Source of the DNA: an uncultured Methanosarcinaceae archaeon
GTDB lineage: Archaea > Halobacteriota > Methanosarcinia > Methanosarcinales > Methanosarcinaceae
Direction of reading: 5' to 3'
DNA: 64,000 nt
Assembly: GCA_963733675.1 (NCBI GenBank)
Contig: CAVTET010000005.1
Coordinates: 192,001-256,000 of the forward strand
The notes beneath the pieces are model-generated. The model was not told the origin of the DNA, made no database searches, and saw only the letters and a list, made by a program, of their open reading frames with translations. The position numbers and the translations under genes are program-made. This document shows positions 45,690 to 57,064 of the stretch, piece by piece (position 1 is the first letter of the stretch; the number at the start of each line of letters is the position of its first letter).

Positions 45690-46519
45690 ACTTTGAATTT
45701 CGTGCTGTGTACTGGAGAGAGATGGTAAAGTTTTTCAGATTTAAATCAACGCTCTTCAGTTCCTTAATTCAACCTGTTATGTGGCTTGCATTCTTTGGGC
45801 TTGCAATGTCAAAGAGTTTTGATAAACTTACTTCATTACTTCCAAACATTCCAGGGGTTCCAAATGTCGATTACCTTACCTACATGGGAGCTGGAATTAT
45901 TGCAATGGATGTATTATTTAGCAGTCTTTTTGGGGGTACCTCTCTCCTATTTGATAAGAAATACAGCTTATTAAAAGAGACCCTCGCAAGTCCCACCCCA
46001 CGAATAAATATTGTCATGGGCATTGGACTTTCAAGCATTACAAAGGCATTTATTCAGACGGGTATCATAATAATATTTGGGAAACTGATCGGGATGGATT
46101 TCTTTAAAGGATATGATATTATTCAAACTCTTGTATCAGTAGTGGGCATTTTTTTATTAGTGGGAATTTTTACCTTAGGATTTTTTTTCCTTTCAGGATC
46201 AATTGCTATTACCGTTGATCAACCCGAAGGGATGCAGTCCATTCTAACTTTGCTCAGCATGCCTCTATTCTTCATAAGCAATGCTCTATATCCAGTTGAT
46301 TCTTTTCCTGAGGTTCTCAAGTTTCTGTCGATATTCAACCCTTTAACCCTACTTTCAAATGGAATTCGGTATTTTGCGCTAGGAACTAATTTCTCTGTTA
46401 TGGGAGGTCATTATATTTATACAACAGAAGATATCGCTATGTCTTTCATGGGACTCATATTGTTTGCTCTCGTAATGCTATCCATCATACTCTGGAGATT
46501 TGATAAAGTAGATGTCTAA
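45686..46519 (+). CDS. ABC-2 type exporter permease
   Basis: WREMVKFFR, QPVMWLAFFG, FFISNALYP, NPLT; about six TM segments; overlaps the ATPase stop. Confidence 0.9.
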   Translation: MNFEFRAVYWREMVKFFRFKSTLFSSLIQPVMWLAFFGLAMSKSFDKLTSLLPNIPGVPNVDYLTYMGAGIIAMDVLFSSLFGGTSLLFDKKYSLLKETLASPTPRINIVMGIGLSSITKAFIQTGIIIIFGKLIGMDFFKGYDIIQTLVSVVGIFLLVGIFTLGFFFLSGSIAITVDQPEGMQSILTLLSMPLFFISNALYPVDSFPEVLKFLSIFNPLTLLSNGIRYFALGTNFSVMGGHYIYTTEDIAMSFMGLILFALVMLSIILWRFDKVDV

Positions 46520-47729
46520 CCACAGTAATTGATTTTGAGTATAGCACCTCTGAATATAATCTTGATACGCTTGATAAAACCAAATAACTCATATTTAAAT
46601 CAAAATTCATCATGCTTAAATACGTAATAATCAAGCGTAAAGAACCTCAAAGCTATCAGAGAAGAACAATAGCATTAAGAAAAAAAAATAGTATTTTTGG
46701 ACAAGATTGAAAACAAATAGTTTGAGAAATTTTGATTGTGAGAAAAATATGCTGCTCGAAACAATTTAAATCCTTGAGGAAAGAATAGTGGTTCCTCTAA
46801 AAACATAAGGGCTTGTAAAAGTATTCAGGATAGTTTTTAAAAACTAAAACATGTATATTGGGTCACAAATGTGTTTGATATGGATAAATCCAATAAAAAA
46901 GATATTGCAACCAAGTCCTGGAAAACTAAAGGATGCTATATATGAATTAAACAGTTATGTAGTATATAATAATCTCCTGCAAAAAAGAGTCACAGAGAGT
47001 ACGTATAACGTTTCATTGGTAGCTATTCTAAATCCCGAGTTACAAAGAATCAGAAACTGGATCTTTTGATTTGAAACTATAACAAAAATTCATAAAATTG
47101 AAGAAATGGCTTATATTAGCCAACTAAGAATAACTCAAATTTATTGTAACATTAACGAATTTAGAGGGTAACTGTTTAGAGACTGCTAATGAGTCAGTCC
47201 TACATAAATTATTCTCTGTCTTGTTTATCAATAATAAGTTTATATTCTTCTAAAACAATCACACATCAACATTCTATTCGTTTGATCTGCTTTTTTTTAG
47301 CAGGAATTTGGAGTAGGACTTAAACAGTTTTTTGGCAATAAAGTACTTATTTCACAATAAAATTGTAGTAAACATATCAGCCTAGATTCCATATCTATCT
47401 ATAAATATATAGTTTGTTTGTTCATCTATCGCTATTATTCATCAAAAGCCAAATTAATTTTTAAACTACTGTTATATTGAGGAAGTAGATGGCATTTTGA
47501 TGACATCTATGTAAAGTGGATCCTGGATCAATAAGTCGAGCAATAATATATATACTGAAATATATTATTGCGCCACATCCTTAAAGAATATAGATATGTT
47601 TTTATTCATTTGAGCTTTGGGGAGTTAAAATCTCTTAAAATCATTTAAACATTAAAGTACGTAACTAAACAGTTTCTAACATACTTCCCCCATCATCTCA
47701 TTCCATAAGTGCGATTATTCTACTAACTA

Positions 47730-47990
47730 AATTTGTATCTTATCAACAGAGAATGTTTGAATCTCGACAATCGTTCCCTTTTGATTTTTCCCTTTTTCTA
47801 TCCTGTTTCACCTTCGCATATCTTGCCAGTTGTAATCAGGTGCATATTGTGGTGGTATTTTTCCTTGCAAGAACAATAATTGCTTTTTCATATCCAATTG
47901 ATTTCTTTTTACAATTAAAAAACTCTTTCAACTTGCTATTTCCCTTTCTTCAGCTGCATAAGCAATCTGCTTTAGAATCGACTACTAATT
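47730..47990 (-). mobile_element. IS110-family transposase C-terminal remnant
   Basis: Minus-strand fragments NSKLKEF...IGYEKAIIVLARK...HLI...EGETG resemble the IS110 C-terminal KKAIIALARK segment; frameshifted. Confidence 0.55.
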
Positions 47991-48034
47991 GGTGAAATAC
48001 TGAACATCAGTAGCATAAAACATTAAACTGTCTG

Positions 48035-48126
48035 GAGAGCATTGCGATTAACGTCTAATTCTCACGAGGTATTTGTATAAAATTTGTAAGCAAATGCAAA
48101 AAATTAAGGTTTATCAAAATCCTCTA
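48035..48126 (+). mobile_element. Degenerate MITE (family A)
   Basis: agagcattgcgattaacgtctaattctcacgag...ggtttatcaaaatcctcta. Confidence 0.6.
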
Positions 48127-48188
48127 GAAGACATCATTTTTTACAAATTAAAATGTGCTTGATTTAAATACCCACGTGAATAAGTCCT

Positions 48189-49058
48189 ATGAGTGATAAG
48201 ATGAGTTACTTAATAGATAGTATTTCACAGTTTATCAATATCTATTATCTCGATCCTATACGGACAGATTCAGGGTATAACCCTGTAAATACTTTTACCT
48301 GGGCATTGGTACTTGGGATTTGCATATTTGGAGTTCTTAGGCTTCTCGAGAAGCTGGAGGTAAAGATCACACCTCGTTTCATTGCCTCTGTCCTACCTTT
48401 CGTACTTGCAGGTTCCTCAATGCGCGTTTTTGCAGATTCTCCTGCAGGTATAGTTCATCCACCATTAAGCTATCTGCTCATAACTCCCAATATTTACTTT
48501 ATTGTCTTTGCGGTAACTATAAGCTGCCTTTGGTTTTCCATCCGGCTACAGAAGACAGGTCTATTGAATGATTTTCATCTTATCTTTGCAAGCTTTGGAC
48601 TTGGATGGTTTTTTACAAATATGATTATCCTCCTACGTTTCGAACACTTGGTAGCCACCTATGTCTCCTTGTTTGTAATTGGAACCGGAATCGTACTGAC
48701 CTTTGTTTTCTATCTAGTTGCCCGTTGTTTCAAATCTTCTATATTCACCGATCCCCTTAACCTTTCAATCCTGATGGCTCAGCTGATGGACGCTTCTTCA
48801 ACGTATGTAGGAGTAGACAAATTAGGCTACTATGAAAAACATGTTGTACCTACTTACCTTATCCAGCTTACTGGTACCGCATTGATTATGTATCCATTGA
48901 AATTTATTATCTTTATTGGGGTTCTTTACTTGCTTGAAACTCAGTTTGAGGATGACAAACAGTCCTCTAAAATGAAAATGCTTATCAAAATGACCCTTTT
49001 GATTCTGGGGCTTTCTCCTGCAACTAGAAATACTATCCGAATGATGCTGGGAATATGA
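48189..49058 (+). CDS. DUF63 family membrane protein
   Basis: GYNPVNT, LMDASSTYVG..LGYYEKHVVP, LGLSPATRN..R; multiple TM segments. Confidence 0.88.
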   Translation: MSDKMSYLIDSISQFINIYYLDPIRTDSGYNPVNTFTWALVLGICIFGVLRLLEKLEVKITPRFIASVLPFVLAGSSMRVFADSPAGIVHPPLSYLLITPNIYFIVFAVTISCLWFSIRLQKTGLLNDFHLIFASFGLGWFFTNMIILLRFEHLVATYVSLFVIGTGIVLTFVFYLVARCFKSSIFTDPLNLSILMAQLMDASSTYVGVDKLGYYEKHVVPTYLIQLTGTALIMYPLKFIIFIGVLYLLETQFEDDKQSSKMKMLIKMTLLILGLSPATRNTIRMMLGI

Positions 49059-49533
49059 ATGAATATAAGGTTTAAAGCTTTTTGTTGCTTTGAGTAGTAA
49101 TTTACATACTTTCCTAAATGTGAGTATAGCATGTGTAATATTTTGGAGAAAACATTGTGGGAAAACACATTCATGATCTATATTTATCTCGTTAATATGC
49201 TTGCTTTTACACTAAAAAATTATCTTATTCACAGTAACTTAAGTTTTATGGAATTCACTAATTCCGAATGAAAATCTCCTATTTTTGGCTCCTTTTTGAT
49301 TTAACTAGTCGAAACTCCGACTTCATGTAGAAGAAAACTAAATAAATATTAAGTATAAAATTCACTTATATTAATTATAATAAGTAAAAGCGATGCTATT
49401 ATGGCCAAGCCTATGAATTAACTACTACCGTAACAAAGTGAATAGGTGACAATGTTATTTTGGGACTCACCACACCCGCACAAAATCCCGATTTTTTACA
49501 ACCCATTTTTTAAAGGGTTCATCCCCAAAGACT

Positions 49534-50697
49534 TTACAGAACCCGAAAAAAGGCTTTGTCAAGTCTTCGGTTGATAATACTTTTTCTAGGGTTAATTTCA
49601 ATTGCTTTGTCATATGCTTTAATTGCTTCATCGAATTTCCTTGAGTCAGATAGAGCTAGTCCTTTATTGTTCCAAGCTATTGAATCCTGTGGATTAAGAG
49701 CCTATCCTAAAAATAATATACTTTCAATTTAAGATCATGTGTGGTAATGACAAAACGGAAAATTGTTCAGGACTACGAAATTTTTGAAGATTATTGGAAA
49801 AAATAGAACCTTTACTACCTGCACCTAAGGCAAAAAAGAAGTCTTGAAGACCTAGAAAGGGTGATAGGAAAATAATGAGTGGCATTTTCTATCTCCTTTT
49901 TACTGGTTGTCAATGGAAAGCATTGCCACGATTTTATGGAGCTCCAAGCACTGTAAATGATCGATATTAGAATGGGAATGACAATCAATTGATGGTGCTA
50001 TGACAAAAGCATCACTAGATGGAGCTGGAACAGGAGCCAATCCTACTGATCGTGGCAAAAAAGGTACAAAAAGGATTGTTTTAACTGATGGTAAAGGCAT
50101 ACCACTTTCTGTTGTCGTTGATGGATCCAATCGTCACGATAAAAAGCTTGTAAAAAGGACTTTAGACGCCATATTCTTTGAAATACCTTCTCCAGAAGAC
50201 ATAATTCAGAACATATGCATGGATAAGGGTTATGATTTCACAGATATCAAAAAATTGATTGAAGACTATGGTTATACTGCGCATATCAAAAGTTGTGGAG
50301 AAGAAAACATAAGAAGAGACATACATGGTTTTAGGGCAAGAAGATGGGTTGTAGAAAGGACATATTCTTGGCTGAATAGATTCAGAAGACTCCTTATAAG
50401 ATGGGAAAAGAAAATTGAAAATTACCTTGCTATCCTACATTTAGCGTGCGCATTGATAACATTCAGATCAGCAGGACTTTTCGGATAGCCTTTAAGTTCA
50501 ATTGCTTTATCAAATGCTTTTATTGCTTCATCGTATCTATTCAATTTATATAGTGCATTGCCTTTCTTTCCTTCAGCATCTGAATCCTGTGTATCGCTTG
50601 CGATATTCACTAGTATCAAAAACACTATCACAGTGATTCCTAAAAATGTTGTGAATGTATGCTTTCTGCTTGCTTTGTCATATCTCTTTGTTTTCAT
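49534..50697 (-). pseudogene. Membrane-anchored TPR protein gene interrupted by an IS5-family element
   Basis: 5' part MKTKRYDK...DEAIKAFDKAIEL (50697-50493) joins the 3' part NPQDSIAWNNKGLAL...DKAIEINP; removing 798 nt restores a 366-nt ORF. Confidence 0.85.
49698..50492 (+). mobile_element. IS5-family element (IS1031/IS427-like), 795 bp, transposase disrupted
   Basis: TIRs gagcctatcctaaaa / ttttcggatagcctt; TAA target duplication (49695-97 and 50493-95); transposase fragments from ATG 49747: TGCQWKALPRFYGAPST, SIDGAMTKA, DKGYD, RWVVERTYSWLNRFRRL. Confidence 0.9.
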
Positions 50698-50972
50698 TTT
50701 TCCGCTTCCTGATTTTGTTAAGATATAGCACATGACGCAAATTAGGAGTTTATCAAAATTTTGCTTAGATATAATATGAAAATTTATAAGATACTTTGCA
50801 TATTATTTTTTTCAGCTCGGTATAACAGTTGCAAGTTTGAACCTTTATAGACAATCAATCTAAATAATTGCAATGTGGATCGGTTAATGGAATATTAAAA
50901 GGGCTAAAAAATATCATGTTTCGGGAAGGATAACAATAAATGAAAAAAAGTAATTATTAAACTTATATACTG

Positions 50973-51211
50973 AATTTATTGGTATTCGTCCATCAACTAC
51001 TACCCCCGTCCTAATGTCAAAGCAAAAAAATCCAATCAATGTTGAGAAATAATATTTGCTTAGAACTATTAACAATATTCACATCGACCTTTTGGGACTA
51101 TATCAAAATTCTTAATAGTTCTAAGCAAATATTATTTCTCAACATTGATTGGATTTTTTTGCTTTGACATTAGGACGGGGGTAGTAGTTGATGGACGAAT
51201 ACCAATAAATT
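50973..51211. repeat. Perfect 100-bp inverted repeat with a 39-nt spacer
   Basis: 50973-51072 is the exact reverse complement of 51112-51211 (checked base by base, including the A7/T7 and C5/G5 runs). Confidence 0.95.
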
Positions 51212-51213
51212 GC

Positions 51214-52075
51214 TCAAAAGCAGCTCTACTGGATTATGAATATTTAGTTATGACTTTATATATCTTTAATGATGGTTATCAAAAAATAACGACAAATCCA
51301 AGTGGTTAGAATTTGATTGTTGATGAACTTAAGTATGAATATAGTTCAACGACATTTGATAGTGTATTAGGCTCTCAGGATATATAAATTGTTGAAGGTG
51401 GGAATGTTGAGACAAAAATAAGGTACTTAGCAAAGGAACATCCGGCAGCCGCTACCTAAAAATGTGATCAATTGTTCGGTCCGGAATTGAAGCAGATTGA
51501 CCATTATTCTTTAAGCCAATCAGGCAATTCTGATGAAGCAATGAAAGCATTTGACAAAGCAATTGAAAGTAACCCGCAAAATTCAACAGGTTGGTATGAT
51601 AAAGGAGTTGAACTCGATAATTTAAATAAATTTGATGAAGCAATAAAAGCATATGACAAAGCAATTGAAATCAATCCAAAGGATTCAATAGCTTGGAACA
51701 ATAAAGGAGTTGATCTGGATAGTTTAAATAAATATGATGAAGCAATAGCCTATGACAAAGCAATTGAACTTAACTTAACGGATTCAGAGGCTTAGGATGG
51801 TAAAGGCGTAGCGTTAGGAAACTTGGACAAATACAATAAAGCAATAAAAGCATATGACAAAGCAATTGAAATTAACCCAAGGGATTCAGAGACTTGGTAC
51901 AATAAAGGAGTTACTCTACATAATTTAAATAAACCCGATGAAGCCATAAGAGCTATGATAAAGTAATTGAAATTGACCCGAAGAATCCAGATGCTTGGTA
52001 CAATAAAGGACTTGTTTTAGCAAAATTAAAAAAGTTCGATAAAGCAATAGGGGCATTTATAAGAGCAGTTTAAAT
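51214..52075 (+). pseudogene. TPR-repeat protein pseudogene with an N-terminal DUF4352-like domain
   Basis: One frame from 51214 reads SKAALLDYEYLVMTLYIFNDGYQKITTNP with stops, then TPR units (DKAIEINP..S.AW.NKG); TAG at 51793, frameshift near 51950, further TPR units to ~52075. The 5' end probably extends back to ~50940. Confidence 0.75.
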
Positions 52076-52541
52076 TAATCCATCTTATTCAGTAGCTCTA
52101 GCTCCTAGCTGATGTGATATCAGTTGGTACAGGCAATAACTAAGAAATTGCAAACGGGAAAGACGGAAAAAAGAATTGATATCTTGCTCATAACTTTATT
52201 TCAAGAATTATTTCTTGAGGCTCAAATATCAACAGAAGTGAGGAGTTTTACAACAATACGATAAAATTAAAACACTTACTCACTTACATCTTCCAGAACA
52301 TTATATTAGATTTAGATAAACCTCTGATTCTAATGAATCATTTTGAAATATAGCGAACCAGAACTACTATGCATAGCTATATATAAATAGGATTAAAAGA
52401 CACTTTATTTTTTCTTTTGTGCTTAGCTTATTTTTTTGCCCGGCTAGAAAATGATAATTATTAAAATTAGTTGTAGAAAATAAATTTGAGTAATGGAATT
52501 ACTTATAGCAAATAATTTTATCAAATTCAGGATGACTCAGG

Positions 52542-53813
52542 TTGAAATGGATTAAAAAATTTTTCGGAAAAAAAGAATATTCCAGTGAAGAAATTGATTT
52601 CAGAGAAATAGATTTTGAAGACCTGCCAGCTTGGCTGGATGATAGCTATCAAAAAATATCTTCCAGAATAGGAAAGGATGCTTCAATTCTTTTAAAGAAA
52701 CTTGAGGTTTTGCTTTCGGAGCTTAAAGAAAGCAACTCCATGCTTGCAGAAGCAAAAGTCAAGGGAGACTTTGATGTCAGAGCTGTAAAACTGGCAAAGA
52801 GTAGTCGGGAAAATGTGACGAAGCAAATCTCAACGCTGATCTATAAAATCAATTTAGTAGAAAATACAGATTTCAGAGCTCTGAAAGAATTTTATGAGAC
52901 AGCTGCGAAGAACCTTGATATTTGTCTGGAAAACATAGATAGGAGTTTTAAGTATACAAAAGGTGTTTTTCCTCAGGAGTCAAAAGTAGTTAATGAAAGC
53001 CTTTCCACCTTAGTAAGGGTCTTTAAAGATCTTCGAGAAATAATTTTGGAAAACATAAAGGAAACGGAAGCTATTGAATCAGCTTATTTGGACATGAAAG
53101 AAATCCAGAAACTTTCTACTGTAATACTAGTGGAAAAACGGGAACACGAGTCTAAAAAGAGACGAATTAAAGCTTTGAAGGGCGACCTTGCCATATCAAG
53201 CCAATCGGTCGACAAATTCCGAAAAGGAGATACTTGGCATAGATTATATAACCTGCAGAAAGAATCAGCTACAGTTAAGGAAAGACTTAAGAAAGCAGAA
53301 GAAGATTTGATTTTTTTTCCACTTTCACTCTCAAATTATCTCTCCAAAATAAAAAAACTTCATGAAAGTGGCAGATACAACTTAAAGCCTGAAGTAAAGC
53401 AGCAGCTTTACATATGTCTTGAAAATCCCATAAATGTTGATCCCTCTTTTTTCCAAGAACTTCAAACGATTTTTGAAGATACATCCCTGGAGATGCAGAC
53501 CCAGAAAAAAAATAAGGCTCTGATACACGTCAAAGCTGCAATTTTGGATTTTTCAGAAAGGAATAAAGATTACCTTAAAGTTCTGCAGGAATTTGAAGCA
53601 AATAGAACTGAAATAGTGGAATTGGATTCTGGAGCACTTGTAGCTCTTGAGCACAAAGAGGAAGAACTTCAGAATAGATTTCGCTTACTTGAGGAAGATA
53701 TCGAAAATTCTGAAAAAAAACTGGCCTTTTTAATAGATGAGCTCGAGAACAAGAAGAAAAAACTTTTTGCTAGTATTAATTTAATCGATAGCTATGTAAA
53801 ATTGCACTTTTAA
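52542..53813 (+). CDS. Conserved hypothetical coiled-coil protein
   Basis: 423-aa ORF, E/K/L-rich heptad character, N-terminal MKWIKKFFGKK; no catalytic motif recognised. Confidence 0.75.
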   Translation: MKWIKKFFGKKEYSSEEIDFREIDFEDLPAWLDDSYQKISSRIGKDASILLKKLEVLLSELKESNSMLAEAKVKGDFDVRAVKLAKSSRENVTKQISTLIYKINLVENTDFRALKEFYETAAKNLDICLENIDRSFKYTKGVFPQESKVVNESLSTLVRVFKDLREIILENIKETEAIESAYLDMKEIQKLSTVILVEKREHESKKRRIKALKGDLAISSQSVDKFRKGDTWHRLYNLQKESATVKERLKKAEEDLIFFPLSLSNYLSKIKKLHESGRYNLKPEVKQQLYICLENPINVDPSFFQELQTIFEDTSLEMQTQKKNKALIHVKAAILDFSERNKDYLKVLQEFEANRTEIVELDSGALVALEHKEEELQNRFRLLEEDIENSEKKLAFLIDELENKKKKLFASINLIDSYVKLHF

Positions 53814-54580
53814 CCCTAATTTAATAGCTTAGTTATTATGTTGAAAGGATATTTCATATTTGAGAGAAGGGAAGAAATAATATTATGGTCAACAAATTTT
53901 TAATAAACTCAGGGATAAAAAATTGAAAAAGTGACAATATATAGTCAAAGAACACCACAGCTATAAATACATTATAAATAAATACGCAACAATATATAGT
54001 AAACAATGTCATTAAAATTTGATTTTACAACACGTGTAATATCTAGCACAATAGTAACAATTATTATATCACAACAATACCATTAAAACCAATAGCAATC
54101 ATAGCATTTATTTCATCAATCATAGATCTAATCTTGTAGGAATCATACACCCATCGATTAAATGATAGCTTGCATAATTTTCTGCAAAAATACGGAAAAG
54201 TCACCTATCGAATGCGTTCAATATCCAAAAACATTTGGGATTAGTGGTCACTATGCGAAAGTGCAAAGGTTCAATATAAAGTTTTTGTGGAAAAACCTAT
54301 TTATTTTTCCAGTTTCAGCCAAAATTAAAGTATATTTCTAGCCAAATTTTGAAAGTAAAACATAGATTTTATAGAAAAATCGGTACATTGTTTAAAAAAT
54401 TATATTTTTTACAATAAGTACAAAAACTACTCGATTTTGAAACAGAATTTTTTAGTAGCATATAAATAATTTGCATATAATATAATAGAACTTACAAATA
54501 ATTATACTTTCAAAGAAACAAATCTGGATGATTAATTAGAATATAATATTAAATCAGTGAATCTGCCGAGGAGAAATTGA

Positions 54581-54931
54581 TTGGAAGACGAACAGCATAA
54601 AACTTGGATTAAATTGGCCAAAGGTTTGGGGAGTAGACAAATTGGAAAACAGCCATTTGACATACTAATAAAGATACTGACTATTTTACTGGCAATCTTT
54701 TTTGTAGTAGCATTAACAGTTGCAGTAGCAAACGTATTGGGTGTGAAAAGCTCCAAATACGAACATGGCTATGAAGCCGGCTACAGAGCCAGCTACAGAG
54801 CCGCTTTCAATGGTAATCCTTATGATATAAAAGCTGGTTTAGGTCAGAATTCTAGCTATGACGACGGCTACAGAAATGGCTATGATGAAGGCTATCCTGC
54901 GGGCCAATTAGACCTAAAAGGCAACCATTAA
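54581..54931 (+). CDS. Small single-TM protein with GYxxGY repeats
   Basis: GAGGAG upstream of a TTG start; TM segment ILTILLAIFFVVALTVAVA; HGYEAGY...DGYRNGYDEGY. Confidence 0.6.
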   Translation: MEDEQHKTWIKLAKGLGSRQIGKQPFDILIKILTILLAIFFVVALTVAVANVLGVKSSKYEHGYEAGYRASYRAAFNGNPYDIKAGLGQNSSYDDGYRNGYDEGYPAGQLDLKGNH

Positions 54932-55389
54932 TGGGGTAATTAAGAAAAGTGACATCGAAAAACTCCAAAAATGGATTAGACAAATAATATTAAAGGAAGA
55001 AGATATTTCCTGATAGGATTTATGCATTGGAGGAACAAAATAAAACACTAGTATGTTTGCTACAAATACTATAATTTAAATGATTTGACTTCTCATCCAA
55101 TTTGTTTTCCTTTTCTGTACCCAGAACCAAGAATTTAATTCGACAGCAACAGTTTTTTTTGATTATATAGCTATTTTAATAAAATATATGTATTTTTTCA
55201 TTTTTCAGTCCAAATAATAGGATATTTTTACCAGAATTTAGAGAAAATACATATATTTTATTAAAAAAAATATGTTGTGATGGAAAGCAAAAAACTTGTT
55301 ATATTTATCTCGTGAAGAATAAAAAGAAACGAAAATTAATTAGCTATTCAACCCACAAATTGGATTTATTTTGTTTAGATAAATTACTT

Positions 55390-55623
55390 TTAATGTGCTA
55401 AGCTTCTAAGTTGTTCGTTAATTTCAATTGCTTTATAATATGCTGTTTTTGCTTCATCAAACTTGTTTAAATTAGAGATATTGTTGCTACCTGAATGTGG
55501 AATATCTGCAAATGGCACCGCGTAGACGATGCTCGCCAAAATTAAAAGAGTCAGCATAGTGAATCCTAAAACTTCGATGATAATATCACTTCGACTTGCA
55601 TTATCATATGGCACTTTTTTCAT
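55390..55623 (-). pseudogene. Truncated membrane-anchored TPR protein (paralog of the gene starting at 50697)
   Basis: MKKVPYDNASR...VLGFTMLTLLILASI resembles MKTKRYDKASR...FLGITVIVFLILVNI; single partial TPR (LNKFDEAKTAYYKAIEIN). Confidence 0.6.
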
Positions 55624-56209
55624 TTTCAGTTTCCTGATATTTTTTATATATAATGATTAAAAATAACTAAACAAATACACATGAAGTAATACTTCATTCC
55701 ATAAATTAAACAATAATACTTTAAAATTATATTTTTTTACTAACAAATATGTTGCATAAATACCAATTAGTGAACTCGTTAAAATTTCCAAAACCAAATC
55801 ATGAGAACAATATTTTAACTTACAAGACAGCTATTCAGGATAAAAAATTTAGCCTGAATTCAGATACAAGTTAAAAAAACGCTATTGAAAACGGAACATA
55901 ACTATCTAAAAATAATTTTATATAGATTCCCCCACAAAAACTATGCATAATTAAATGAATAAAAAATGAATAAAATATTCGAAAAATTATTAGGAATTTA
56001 GGAAATAACAAAAAACTATAAATTCAAAGTTAACTTTTTATATAGCATGTTCAATTCAGCTTTTCGAAAATTGAATTTCTTTCCTTCTAAATTTTTAATA
56101 CTTGTAATTTTACAAAAAATTAGCACACTAACTAAATAAATATCCAATTTGAAATCAGATTTATATGATTGAATCAAAGTTGCGCTGGCGTACCCCGCTG
56201 CAAGCAACG

Positions 56210-57064
56210 GGTTCCGTTGCAAAAAATCCTTTCTAATGATACAATAGAATAAAAAGAAAACCAAAGATAGTAACATGCTATCTAATTCCTTTAAATGGAA
56301 GCATTATGAAGGGAAAATTATCTTATTGAATGTAAGATGGTACTTAAAATATGCATTAAGTTATAGAAATTTAAAGGAAATGATGGCAGAAAGGGGAGTA
56401 AAAGTCGACCATACAACAATCATGAGATGGGTACATCAATATTCCCCTGAAATAGAAAAGAAGATAAGAAGACATTTAAGACCAACAAATGATTCGTGGA
56501 GAGTTGATGAAACCTATATCAAAGTAAAAGGTAAATGGAAATATTTTTACCGAGCAGTTGACTCAAATGGAGATACAATTGATTTCATGTTAAGTTCAAA
56601 ACGAGATAGAAAGGCAGCGAAGAGATTCTTTAAGAAAGCTTTAAGTTCTAATCATAATCAAATTCCAAGATTAATAACCGTTGATAAGAATCCAGCTTAT
56701 CCACCTGCTATAGATAAACTAAAAATTGATAAAATACTACCTAAAAACGTAGGCATTCGACAAATCAAGTATTTGAATAACATTATAGAACAAGATCACA
56801 GATCTATAAAGAGAATCGTTAATCCAATGTTAGGATTTCAGTCTTTTCGATCTGCTAATAAGACTTTAAAAGGAATTGAAGCTATAAATATGATCAAAAA
56901 AGGACAAGTAATCGATTTAAATTACTCTGTTCTTAATGAAGTCAAATACATTAATCAATTATTTGGTATAGTTTTATAATGTTAGTACATTTTCCTTGAA
57001 TGTTTTGATTTTTATTAATCACTTATAGATTTACATATTTTGTTGAAGTTTTTGCAACGGAACC
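56210..57064 (+). mobile_element. IS6-family insertion sequence, 855 bp
   Basis: Perfect 16-bp TIRs ggttccgttgcaaaaa (56210) / tttttgcaacggaacc (57049-57064); no target duplication visible. Confidence 0.93.
56275..56979 (+). CDS. IS6-family DDE transposase (intact ORF)
   Basis: WRVDETYIKVKGKWKY.YRAVD, ITVDKNPAYP, YLNNIIEQDHR. Confidence 0.95.
   Translation: MLSNSFKWKHYEGKIILLNVRWYLKYALSYRNLKEMMAERGVKVDHTTIMRWVHQYSPEIEKKIRRHLRPTNDSWRVDETYIKVKGKWKYFYRAVDSNGDTIDFMLSSKRDRKAAKRFFKKALSSNHNQIPRLITVDKNPAYPPAIDKLKIDKILPKNVGIRQIKYLNNIIEQDHRSIKRIVNPMLGFQSFRSANKTLKGIEAINMIKKGQVIDLNYSVLNEVKYINQLFGIVL

Noticed and set aside
47730-48030. IS110 bridge-RNA region
   Set aside because: Only a short, frameshifted C-terminal transposase fragment remains; no ends or non-coding region can be delimited.
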